A stretch of DNA of 64,000 bases from a virus. Each line of letters begins with the position of its first letter. Position 1 is the stretch's first letter. The translations under genes were made by a program, and so were the position numbers. The stretch is taken from positions 74,530 through 138,529 of the IMG/VR virus record IMGVR_UViG_3300035703_000022. The stretch is one strand, 5' to 3'. Shown one piece after another: positions 44,668-55,987 of the stretch. Under the pieces are notes generated by a model, which saw only the letters and a program-made list of their open reading frames with translations, searched no databases and was not told the DNA's origin.

Positions 44668-46179
44668 CTATCCTGCTACAAAATCTAAACTACTAGTAGT
44701 TGAGTTATACTGTATATAGAAGTTTGTGGTTCCTGCAGTTCCACCGAATCTCATTTTGTTTGCGGAAGTTATTCTTACATCACCTGCAATGTCTGTTTTG
44801 AATGAAGGATTTGTGACACCAACTCCAAGATTACCAGAAACATTTGCACCACCAACTACATCAAGTGCTGCTGTTGGTATTGCAGAACCAATACCAAGTT
44901 TAGTTCCAGTATTAATGAGAACTGTACTAACACCAGAAGTGGATCCTACATTGATTTGAGTAAAAGAACCAGAAAGACCACCAGTACCAAAGTTAATTGT
45001 CTTGGTTGTTCCAATACCCGATATACCTGTAGCAATACCTATTGTTTGTGAAGCGGTTGATAATCCTAATGTAATCGTACCTGTTTGTGTCGATCTTCCA
45101 ATTATTATTGTTTGTGATGGAACTCCACTATCAGATTGTATAACTGTATTCGCATTAATAGTGACATTATTATTAAATGTATTTGCATTTCCCCAGGTAT
45201 TTCCAGTATTTAAAAATGCAAATGTATCATTAGCTCCAAGAGTTGGAATAGCAAGTGTTCTACTCGATCCATTGTTAGTAACAATAGTAAGATCGCCGGC
45301 ATTATTAAGAGTTCTGATTTTTAATCCAGAAGATAAGAAAGTTCCAACACCAGTTACATTCAGGTTTTGTGTTGTTAAGTCAGTGGTACTAGTAATACCC
45401 AAAGTACTAATACCAGAAATAGATAATGATGTACCTACGATATTAGTACCACTTATAGAACCACCAACAAATTCTCCATAAAGACTGCTAATAATTCTAT
45501 TAGCCGTCAGTATTCCTGTAATATAAGTATCACCAACTACATGGAGTTTTGATGTCGGTAGTGTAGTTCCTAAGCCAACATTTCTTGTTAATCCATCAAT
45601 TCTTAATGCTTCTGCAGCAAATGTACCTAAAATTAATGGTGTTTGTCCATTGGTATAAATTAGTGCATTTTCAGTATTTTGAAATAATAATGATCCAAGG
45701 TTTGCTGATGAAATACCAACAAATCCAGTAGTACCTGTATAATTTGGACCATATTTTCTTAATAAAACACCTTTATATGAGGGTCCTAAATCATAATCAT
45801 AATCTACTGCACCAACTTCAACAGAAGATGTGTTATTAGCATTTCTTGCATGAATACCAGATCCATCTGGAGAAAGAACATCCAAAACTTTCTGCGGATT
45901 AGTAGTTCCAATTCCAGTATATCCATCACTCCTAATAACAAAAGGAGTTGAATCTGGATTTGTGGAATCTTCTACAACAAATGCATTTCCAGTTCCAGCT
46001 TGAGTAATTCTTAAAGCATTAGTAGAGTTATTAACTGATATTGTTGATGCACCAGAAATATTAACACCTGAAGAGGTTATGATGCCACTAAAATTTCCGT
46101 TCGTTGCTGTAACAATACCGGCGTTTATAATATTTCTACTATCATCAATAATAGTAGAATTTTGAATCTTAATTGCCAT
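44668..46179 (-). CDS. tail-fibre-like protein
   Basis: MAIKIQNSTIIDDSRNI N-terminus and GIGTTNP repeats. Confidence 0.75.
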   Translation of the reverse strand: MAIKIQNSTIIDDSRNIINAGIVTATNGNFSGIITSSGVNISGASTISVNNSTNALRITQAGTGNAFVVEDSTNPDSTPFVIRSDGYTGIGTTNPQKVLDVLSPDGSGIHARNANNTSSVEVGAVDYDYDLGPSYKGVLLRKYGPNYTGTTGFVGISSANLGSLLFQNTENALIYTNGQTPLILGTFAAEALRIDGLTRNVGLGTTLPTSKLHVVGDTYITGILTANRIISSLYGEFVGGSISGTNIVGTSLSISGISTLGITSTTDLTTQNLNVTGVGTFLSSGLKIRTLNNAGDLTIVTNNGSSRTLAIPTLGANDTFAFLNTGNTWGNANTFNNNVTINANTVIQSDSGVPSQTIIIGRSTQTGTITLGLSTASQTIGIATGISGIGTTKTINFGTGGLSGSFTQINVGSTSGVSTVLINTGTKLGIGSAIPTAALDVVGGANVSGNLGVGVTNPSFKTDIAGDVRITSANKMRFGGTAGTTNFYIQYNSTTSSLDFVAG

Positions 46180-46212
46180 CTACCGTCCTCGTATTACACT
46201 AGGTAGTCTTTA

Positions 46213-49200
46213 TTATTTATTTAAAAATTCTTTAAGTAATTCAATTTCTTTCTGTTGTTCCTTAACACATTCAATTAATAATCCAATCAAACCATTATAA
46301 TTAACAGTTTTTGTATCCTCACCATTAACAAGTTCAGGAAGAACTTTTTCAACTTCTTGTGCGATTACACCCATTGACTTTTTGCCGTTTCCTTTCCAGG
46401 TAAAATTAACACCACTAATTTGAATAACTTTATCTAATGGATTTTTAATTTTTTCTATATTAGTTTTGAGATTGATGTCGGAAGCGGAGTTATAGTCTGT
46501 AGATGTTATAACACCAGTAAACTTAGCATCACCAATTACATCTAATGATACTGTTGGAATTGCGGAACCAATACCCAAATTGGTTCCAGTATTAACTAAA
46601 ACAGTACCAACACCAGCAGTTGGTCCAATGTTGATTCTGGTAAATGAACCGGATAAACCACCAGTACCAAAGTTAATTGTTTTGGATGTTCCTATACCTG
46701 ATGCACCTGCTTGAATATCAGTTTGTTGAGATACAAGAGAACGACCTAATGAAATTGTGCCAGTACCACCAGTTCCACCAATTAGTATAACTGCTGTTGT
46801 TTGAGTTGTTCCAAAGAAAAGACTTCCTGTTGCAGAACCAGTTAATGAAATTGAACCAATAGCAGATAATGTCCCTGAAAATGTTTGTATTCCACTAAAA
46901 GTTTGATTTGTTCCAAGAGTTGCAACAGTATCATCACTAGTAATTAAAGGTAATGTAAGGTTTCTGTTTGCAGCAATTGCAGAACCAACGATTGAATATT
47001 CAAAAGTGTTTGCTGGATTTCTAATTTTTAAGTTACTTGATTGGAACGTGGAAATTCCAGAAACATTAAATTGCTGTGTTGTTAAGTTGGTTGTTGAAGT
47101 AACCCCTAATGTACTAATACCAGAAGAATTAATATTCGTTAGAGTGGCATTAGTGCTTGTTAGGGTAGTTACAACACCAGTTACTATGTTTCCTGTGGTA
47201 AAGTTTCCTGTAGTATAAGTTGCTGTAGTACCACTTAGAGTTGTTATAGTACCAACACCAGCATTTATTTGACCATTAAATGTTACAGCAGTAACTACTC
47301 CAGAGACATTCAGTTGTCCTAATGTTCCAACAGAAGTTAGTGAAGAATTTACAACACCAGAACCAAGAGTGGTCGCATTTAATACTGAAGTACCATTAAT
47401 CTTATAATCATTTCCTGTAGTGGCATTAAATCCATTTGTAGTAACGACACCCGAAATAACAGCACCAGAAGAAGTTATAATCCCACTAAAGTTACCAGAA
47501 GTTGCTGTTAAGACTCCAACAGAAATGCCATTAGTTGTAGTATTACCTCTATTAGTAACAGTATCGAGTGTATCAGTTTCAGTATAAGAAGTTAAATAAG
47601 TACTTGAGTCTACAGAACCGTCTGCCTTTAAGAACTGACTTGAGGTTCCTCCAGACTTAACAAATGATGATGCTGTTATAATTCCAGTAGTATTAACAGA
47701 TGCTGACTCAGTTAATGCGGATGCTATGCCAGCAGTGGTGGCATATCCAGAAGTAGTAGAATTACCATTAATATCAATAGTATAAGTTCCACTTAATCTT
47801 GCGGAATTGATAGTACCTGTCGTAATATTTGCAGCATTTGCAAGATTAGTTGCAGTAGTGGCAGTTCCACTTAAGGTTGCAGTAATTATTCCTGCATTGA
47901 AATTTCCAGATACATCACGAGCAACAATAGTTGATACAGTATTAGCACTAGTTGCATTAGAAGTGACAGTAAATGTTGAGTTTCCAGATTGGTTTGCAGT
48001 AAATGAAGCAGAACCAGATAAACCAGTTCCGGAAACAGCAAGAGTTAAAGTTCCATTGTTTGGTGCAACTGTTGAAACACCAGTTACAAGACCTTTAGCA
48101 TTTACAGTAACAACAGGAATTGCACCAGTTCCTCCATAAGTTCCAACATTACTATTAACCGTTGCTAATGTTGTTACAGTGTTATTAGATGATACATCAC
48201 CGGAAAGATTTGGTATGTTTGTAGTTGATGTTGCAGTACCAGTAAGAGCACCTATGAATGTAGTTGCTGTAACTACTCCAGAAGAATTAATATTTCTTAC
48301 GACTGATAAATCTCTTTCGGTAAATTGAACACTACCAGCAGCAAGTCTTACTCCATTGGGTACTTGAGTGCTTCCAATACCAATTGCATAGTTACTTAAC
48401 CAAGCATCTGTTCCTAGTCCGGAGAAAGTTCCAGACTTAAACCACATAAACTTTTTATATGTTGCTGGATTAGTTTCTCCAACACCAACATCGTAAAGTG
48501 AAATTAATGGTGTTCCTTCAGTTGATGCAATAGCAATACCACCATGATTTGCAGTATTGTCATTGGAAACGTCATTACCACTTCCATCAGTTCTTACACC
48601 TAAAACAATATCTGGGTCATAAATGTTTAGTGTTGATGAGAAAATTGTAGAAGTTGTTCCACCAATTGTAATGTTTCCAGTTACATTTAAATTGCGATTG
48701 ACTTGCAGATCTCTTGTAACTGTTACATCTTGTGGTGCAGTAAATTGTGATGGAATACTTAATGTGGGTGTAGAACCCTCACCAGTTCCACTTGTTACAG
48801 TAATCTGGTTTGACGTTCCAGAAATTGACTGAACATAATCACCCGTGGTATCAGTACCAAGAGCAACACTATTAGGTTGAATAGTTGCTGCAAGAGATAC
48901 ATTGCCAGTGCCGTCAAAACTAATTGCAGATGCAACAACGTCACCAGTGATTTCGAAGGTTCTTGAATTTTGAAGTGCTGTTGATACTCCTGCAGTTGAT
49001 GCATAAGTGGCACTAGAAGCATTACCCGTCAAAGAACCCTCAAATGTTGTTGCTTTGACTGTTAAAAATGTACTTACACCCGAAGTAATATTAATATTAG
49101 ATGTAATTAAATCTGGTAATCTATTGTCACTTATGGTTCCAGTAGTGATATTTGCAGCATCAGAAAGGTTGGTAGCAGTGGTTGCAGTACCAGTAAGATC

Positions 49201-50892
49201 ACCTATGAATGTAGTTGCTGTAACTACACCAGTAAACTTAGCATCACCAATTACATCTAATGATACTGTTGGATTTGTAACACCAACTCCAAGATTACCA
49301 GAAACATAAGCACCACCAGAAACTTGAAGTGGTTGTGATGCTGTTCCTGTAGTTGTAGCAGTACCAATAAGAAGATTAGTTGGTGAAGGAATAGTAACAG
49401 TGCTAATCGCACCAGCAGTCGCAGAACCAACTGTAATAAGTGTTCTGGAACCAGAAGCACCACCAGTTCCAAGGTTGATTGTCTTTTGGTTTCCTGAACC
49501 ACTAACAGCAGAAGCAATATCTAATGTATGAGTTTGTGTAGAACGATCAATAGTCATCGTTCCAGTTTGATTCGTTCCACCTACAACTAATCCTCCGGAT
49601 GTTAATTGAGTACCAAATGAAATAGTTGTTGACGTATTGCCAGTAAGAAGTGATGCAGTAACGTTTCCTGCGGTGATGGTTCCACCGGAAACTGTAAGGT
49701 TACTGTTTGTCGTAACAGAACCATCAACTTGTAGTGTTTGTTTTAAGGTTACTGGACTACTAAAGTGTGCGTCATTAGTTACATAAAGACGATTATTCAG
49801 TCTTGCTTCATTGTTAAGAATGATTGAAGACCTTGTGGAAATACCAGAAGAAGCAAGTTCAAGTGAAGGAACATCAGTATTATATTGAAAAACTGTATCT
49901 GCACTAGAACCAACAATATATGCCTTTGATTGGTCTTCTTGATAAAATATTCCATTCGGCGTAAGTTCTTGGAAACCAACATAAACATTATCAAAGAATG
50001 TTGCGGTACTTAAGTCCCAAGGAGTTGTTAAATCAAATCTGGATACTACATCACGGGTTGAATCCGTAATATACATCTTGGTTCCCGTGGTATTAAAATT
50101 GATACCAACTGGTACAACAAGAGTCAGTGGAAGATTTTGAGTGTTTGTGGCACCAATTAAAAGTGTGTAATTAAGAGTTACGGTTGAATCAATTTCCCAA
50201 GCAGTAGAAACCGTATATTCATAAACAGCATCACCTGTGGCACCAACCACATACATCTTGGTTCCATCATCCTTAAAATAAACTCCTCCTGGTATTGTAT
50301 CATTTGCACCAGAGTTAAAGTTTTTAAATGTAGTTCCAGCACCAGCAACAGTATCAGTAGTAACTCCAACAAGAGACCAAGGAGTGCTTAATGTATAAGA
50401 ATAAACTCTATCACCAGTTAATGGAGAAACACCAGTTGTACCACAGATATACATTCTGGTTCCATCTGGTTTAAAATATAGACCAGCAGGGTTAGTATCT
50501 TGTGCGGCAACACTAAAATTAGTTGTAAATCCAGCACTACTAACTTCCCAAGGTGTAGATAGTTCATACTCATTTACATCATTACCAGTATCACCAAGAA
50601 TATACATCTTGGTTCCATCATCTTTGAAGAATATATCTTGTGGAGAAGTTTCTTCTCCCGATACTAATTTGAATGCCCCACCATACTCCCAAGAGTTTAT
50701 GTCAACAACAGAACGAATGGAATTTATACCAGCAGCATCTGATCTACCGATTGATATGCTTCCACGAACATCAAGTGCTGATTGTGGATCTGTAGTTTTT
50801 ATACCTATTCTACCTGCATTAGTTGCAACTAATACTGTTGCACCAAGACCTACTTCTAGCCCGTTTTTTACTCTGAAATTTTGATCAGCCAA
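46213..50892 (-). CDS. long tail fibre with beta-propeller insert and C-terminal S74-type intramolecular chaperone
   Basis: LSTPW propeller blades near the N-terminus; C-terminal SDINLKTNI...GVIAQEVEKVLPELV...NYNGLIGLLIE. Confidence 0.85.
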   Translation of the reverse strand: MADQNFRVKNGLEVGLGATVLVATNAGRIGIKTTDPQSALDVRGSISIGRSDAAGINSIRSVVDINSWEYGGAFKLVSGEETSPQDIFFKDDGTKMYILGDTGNDVNEYELSTPWEVSSAGFTTNFSVAAQDTNPAGLYFKPDGTRMYICGTTGVSPLTGDRVYSYTLSTPWSLVGVTTDTVAGAGTTFKNFNSGANDTIPGGVYFKDDGTKMYVVGATGDAVYEYTVSTAWEIDSTVTLNYTLLIGATNTQNLPLTLVVPVGINFNTTGTKMYITDSTRDVVSRFDLTTPWDLSTATFFDNVYVGFQELTPNGIFYQEDQSKAYIVGSSADTVFQYNTDVPSLELASSGISTRSSIILNNEARLNNRLYVTNDAHFSSPVTLKQTLQVDGSVTTNSNLTVSGGTITAGNVTASLLTGNTSTTISFGTQLTSGGLVVGGTNQTGTMTIDRSTQTHTLDIASAVSGSGNQKTINLGTGGASGSRTLITVGSATAGAISTVTIPSPTNLLIGTATTTGTASQPLQVSGGAYVSGNLGVGVTNPTVSLDVIGDAKFTGVVTATTFIGDLTGTATTATNLSDAANITTGTISDNRLPDLITSNINITSGVSTFLTVKATTFEGSLTGNASSATYASTAGVSTALQNSRTFEITGDVVASAISFDGTGNVSLAATIQPNSVALGTDTTGDYVQSISGTSNQITVTSGTGEGSTPTLSIPSQFTAPQDVTVTRDLQVNRNLNVTGNITIGGTTSTIFSSTLNIYDPDIVLGVRTDGSGNDVSNDNTANHGGIAIASTEGTPLISLYDVGVGETNPATYKKFMWFKSGTFSGLGTDAWLSNYAIGIGSTQVPNGVRLAAGSVQFTERDLSVVRNINSSGVVTATTFIGALTGTATSTTNIPNLSGDVSSNNTVTTLATVNSNVGTYGGTGAIPVVTVNAKGLVTGVSTVAPNNGTLTLAVSGTGLSGSASFTANQSGNSTFTVTSNATSANTVSTIVARDVSGNFNAGIITATLSGTATTATNLANAANITTGTINSARLSGTYTIDINGNSTTSGYATTAGIASALTESASVNTTGIITASSFVKSGGTSSQFLKADGSVDSSTYLTSYTETDTLDTVTNRGNTTTNGISVGVLTATSGNFSGIITSSGAVISGVVTTNGFNATTGNDYKINGTSVLNATTLGSGVVNSSLTSVGTLGQLNVSGVVTAVTFNGQINAGVGTITTLSGTTATYTTGNFTTGNIVTGVVTTLTSTNATLTNINSSGISTLGVTSTTNLTTQQFNVSGISTFQSSNLKIRNPANTFEYSIVGSAIAANRNLTLPLITSDDTVATLGTNQTFSGIQTFSGTLSAIGSISLTGSATGSLFFGTTQTTAVILIGGTGGTGTISLGRSLVSQQTDIQAGASGIGTSKTINFGTGGLSGSFTRINIGPTAGVGTVLVNTGTNLGIGSAIPTVSLDVIGDAKFTGVITSTDYNSASDINLKTNIEKIKNPLDKVIQISGVNFTWKGNGKKSMGVIAQEVEKVLPELVNGEDTKTVNYNGLIGLLIECVKEQQKEIELLKEFLNK

Positions 50893-53800
50893 GGTTCACT
50901 ATCCCCTATGGTTTCTTTTATATTATTTAGGCCTTAGTTGCAGTAAAACTAATCATGTAAGTGGTTATACCAGAACTTGCGGGTGTTGAAAGTAATCTAA
51001 TATTTCCCCCAGAAATATCAACATCATAAGTTGACAATATTGAATCGTTATAAATCGTTCCATATTCAGTCAGATATGATGTAGTTCCATCATGAATAAC
51101 AAGAATTTTTGTAGTATGGAACTTGGATCCCTCAGTTGCCTGAATCATATATTCAACAGATCTATATGTAGTTGAAGAAATTGCAGAATGAATCCCTACT
51201 TGTGACGTTGAAGAAGTACTCGAAGTACTTGAACCTTGCAAAGTATATGGAGTACTATAAGAAGTAAATGTAGGAGTATCCGTTAATCTAATTGATGCAA
51301 TTCCGGAAATTGGTTGGGTGCCGGTTATATTACTACTATAAAAGTCAATAGTAGTATTAGTTGCACCAAATCCAACATCACTGCCATTGACTTTTACATT
51401 AATAGCATCAAGTATACCAGCACCAGTCTCTGTAACTATTTTCCAAGACCAAGGAGATCCTGGACCATTTGATGATAAAACGTAATTAGAAGATCCAGGA
51501 TTATTGTTAGAATCATAGATTATATTACCAAGTTTTACCGATTCGAAAGTAGAAATACCAGAAACATTAACTTGTTTAGCAAATAATGTCGTTCCTGTTA
51601 CTGTAGTGATACCAGCAAATGTGGATACCCCAGAGACATTAAGTTGTTGTGATGTTAAGTTGGTTGTTGAAGTAACACCTAAGGTTGAAATTCCACTAGA
51701 ATTAATATTCGTTAAAGTGACATTAGTACTCGTTAAGGTAGTTACAACACCAGTTACTATGTTGCCTGTAGTGACATTTAAAGTTGTTAGATTAGCATTA
51801 GTATAAGTTGCTGTAGTACCGCTTAGAGTTGTTATAGTACCAACACCAGCATTCACTTGACCATTAAATGTTACAGCAGTAACTACTCCAGAAACATTAA
51901 CACCAGAAGAAGTTATAATCCCACTAAAGTTACCAGAAGTTGCTGTTAAGACTCCAACAGAAATGCCATTAGTTGTAGTATTACCTCTTGTAGTTACGGT
52001 ATTAAGTGTATCAGTTTCTGAAAAAGCAGTTAAATAAGTGTTTGAATCAACAGAACCATCAGCCTTTAAGAATTGACTTGAGGTTCCTCCAATCTTAACA
52101 AATGCTGATGATGTAGTTACACCCGAATTCCATATACCTGTTGCTGTTAAGAAACCGACTGTTGAGATACCGGAGACATTCAGTTGTCCTAATGTTCCAA
52201 CAGAAGTTAGTGAAGAGTTAACAACACCAGAACCAAGAGTGGTCGCATTTAATACTGAAGTACCATTAATCTCATATTGCTTACCAGAAACAAGATTCCA
52301 ATCTTCACTTGAAGTTAATGCGGATGCAGCATTATTCCAAGTGATGGTTTTTCTTATACCAGTAGATCCAATACCAATTCCAGCACCATCAAGAAGTGCA
52401 TTAGTTCCTACTGTGGTGGCAATACCAACATTAAAATCAGCTAATTCAATCGTGGAAGAATTAATAATAGTTTGAGTGCCATCTACATAAAGATCACCTC
52501 TAATTCTTACAAGTCCAGTATTATTTCCAACTGCTGCTGGATCAATGATAAGTTCTGCAGGGCCTGAAATAGTATTGGTTGTAATACCAATAAATCCAGA
52601 ACCAGTTGTGAATTGAGATGCTGTTATAATTCCAGTAGTATTAACAGATGCTGACGCAGTTAATGCGGATGCTATGCCAGCAGTGGTGGCATAAGTAGCA
52701 ATACCACTTGAAGTTGCATAAGTAGCAATACCACTTGAAGTTGCATAAGTTGCGGATGATGCATTTCCACTTAGGGTTGCAGTAATTATTCCTGCATTAA
52801 AATTCCCAGATGCATCACGAGCAACAATAGTTGATACAGTATTAACACTAGTTGCGTTAGAAGTAACAGTAAATGTTGAGTTTCCAGATTGGTTTGCTGT
52901 AAATGTAGCAGAGCCAGAAAGTCCAGTTCCGGAAACAGCAAGAGAGAGTTGTCCGTTATTTGGTGCAACTGTAGATACTCCAGTTACAAGACCTTTAGCA
53001 TTTACAGTTACTCTAGGAATTGCTCCTGCATCACCATAAGTTCCTACATTACCATTAACTGTTGCTAGTGTTGTAACTGTGTTATTTGAAGAAACATCTC
53101 CAGATAGATTTGGTATGTTTGTAGTTGATGTAGCAGTACCAGTAAGAGCACCTATGAATGTAGTTGCTGTAACTACTCCAGAAACATTAACTTGTTTAGC
53201 AAATAATGTAGTTCCTGTTACTGTAGTAATTCCAGAAAATGTAGAAACACCAGAGACATTAAGTTGCTGTGTTGTTAGATTAGTGGTCGATGTAACCCCT
53301 AAAGTACTGATACCACTAGAATTAATATTCGTTAAAGTGGCATTAGTACTCGTTAAGGTAGTAACAACACCAGTTACTATGTTACCTGTAGTGAAGTTTC
53401 CTGTATCAGAAATTATTGTAGTGCCTAATAAGGTTGTTATAGTGGCAAGACCGGAAACAACTTGTCCATCAAATGTAGTTGCGTCAACAACTCCATAAAT
53501 GCTAGCACCAGAAGAAGTTATAATCCCACTAAAGTTACCAGAAGTTGCTGTTAAGACTCCAACAGAAATGCCATTAGTTGTAGTATTACCTCTATTAGTA
53601 ACAGTATTGAGTGTATCAGTTTCAGCAGCTATATAATTATTAGTGTCAACAGAACCATCAGCCTTTAAGAATTGACTTGAGGTTCCTCCAATCTTAATAA
53701 ATGCTGATGCTGTAGTTATACCAGAATTCCATATACCTGTTGCTGTTAAGAAACCAACTGTTGAGACACCAGTATTAACTTGAAGTCCTTGTGATTGAAG

Positions 53801-55987
53801 AATACCAAAGACCGTTGCACCATATCCAGTGGTTTCAAATTCTTTAGAGTTATCGTAATAGAGTTCTACTGAACCATCGGTATTAAATGATGCGATGTTT
53901 TCAAAAGGTGCTTTTACTATATCAACTCCAGCACCATTAGATGCAAAAACTAATCTTCCAACGCCATAATCAGCAACATAACTATTAGTTCCATCATGAA
54001 GTATTTGTAAATCATTACCATCACCAAAATAAGCAATATCACTATCACCAAAGTAAGCAGAAGTTCCAAAACTTACTAAACCAGTAAATGTAGTAACTCC
54101 AAGTGTAGATACTCCAGAAACATTCAGTTGTCCCAATGTCCCAACAGAAGTCAACGAAGAATTAACAACAGAAGTTCCAAGTGTAGTAGAAGTTAATACA
54201 TCTGTTCCACCAATCTTATAATTTTTACCTGAGGCAAGATTCCAGTTTTCGCTTGATGATAGAGCGCTGAGAGTATTATTCCAATTAATCGTCTTACGAA
54301 TATTTGTAGATCCAATACCAATTCCTGCTCCATCAAGAAGTGCATTAGTTCCTATTGTGGTCGCAATACCAACATTAAAATCGGCAAGTTCAATTGTTGT
54401 CGAATTTATAACAGTTTGAGTGCCATCTACATAAAGATCGCCCTTAATTCTAACGGCACCCGTATTGTCACCAACTGATGATGGATCGATAATCAGTTCT
54501 GCAGGACCTGAAAGTGTATTTGTGGTGATGTTAATACCGGTTCCAGAAGCACCTGTAGAGAATTGAGTTGCTGTAATGATTCCAGCACTGAATCCACCAG
54601 AAGCATTTCTAGATACTATTGTGTTATTGGTGTTATCACTAGTTGCGTTAGAAGTAACAGTAAAAGTTGAATTTCCGGATTGATTTGCTGTAAATGTTGA
54701 GGAACCAGAAAGACCAGTACCAGAAACGGAAAGAGTTAAAGTTCCATTGTTTGGTGCAACTGTAGATACTCCAGTTACAAGACCTTTAGCATTTACAGTT
54801 ACTCTAGGAATTGCTCCTGCATCACCATAAGTTCCTACATTACCATTAACTGTTGTTAATGTAGTGACAGTATTAACAGATGTTATATCACCAGATAGAT
54901 TTGGTATGTTTGTAGTTGATGTAGCAGTTCCTGTGAGAGATCCTATAAATGTTGTTGCTGTAACTACACCAGAAACATTAACTTGTTTAGCAAATAATGT
55001 AGTTCCTGTTACTGTAGTAATACCAGCAAATGTTGTTAATCCACTAACACTAAGTTGCTGTGTTGTTAGATTAGTGGTCGATGTAACCCCTAAAGTACTG
55101 ATACCACTGGAGTTAATATTCGTTAGAGTGGCATTAGTACTCGTTAAGGTAGTAACAACACCAGTTACTATATTTCCAGTCGTAAAGTTACCAGTGGTAT
55201 AAGTTGCTGTAGTACCTGATAAGGTAGTTACAACACCAGTTACTATATTTCCAGTCGTAAAGTTACCAGTGGTATAAGTTGCTGTAGTACCTGATAAGGT
55301 AGTTACAACACCAGTTACTATGTTGCCTGTAGTGACATTTAAAGTTGTTAGATTACCATTAGTATAAGTTGCTGTAGTACCACTTAGAGTTGTTATAGTA
55401 CCAACACCAGCATTCACTTGACCATTAAATGTTACAGCAGTAACTACTCCAGAAATATTTAAATTTCCAGTTCCACTTAAGGACGCAATTTCAGATGTTC
55501 CTGCATACCAAGCAAAACGAGCAACAGGAGAAGATACAGAGGACCAAAGAGTATCTGGTCCAGAAGAAATACCAAATGCATAATCAGCATTAGATCCATC
55601 AACACGATTCCAAAGAACTAACTTTGTACCAGCACTTCTAGTTGTAAATGCAGGAACCCCAACACCAATCTGACCAAAATCTATCCAGGCACTTGTAGAT
55701 CCTGTAAATTGAAGTTGTGGGGTAGTCGGAGCACCATTTGCTGTTAAAATTAATCTTGAAAGTGTTCCAATACCACTATAATTAAGATTTGTTCCACTTA
55801 AATTGGTAATTATCGCACTTGTGCTATTTAAACTAGTAATTGTTCCTACACCAGCATTCACTTGACCATTAAATGTTACAGCAGTAACTACTCCAGAAAC
55901 ATTAACACCAGAAGAAGTTATAATCCCACTAAAGTTACCAGAAGTTGCTGTTAAGACTCCAACAGAAATGCCATTAGTTGTAGTATT
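47463..55987. repeat. dispersed 82-nt identical repeat, 4 copies in two tail-fibre genes
   Basis: caccagaagaagttataatcccac...gttgtagtatt at 47463, 51901, 53506 and 55906. Confidence 0.9.
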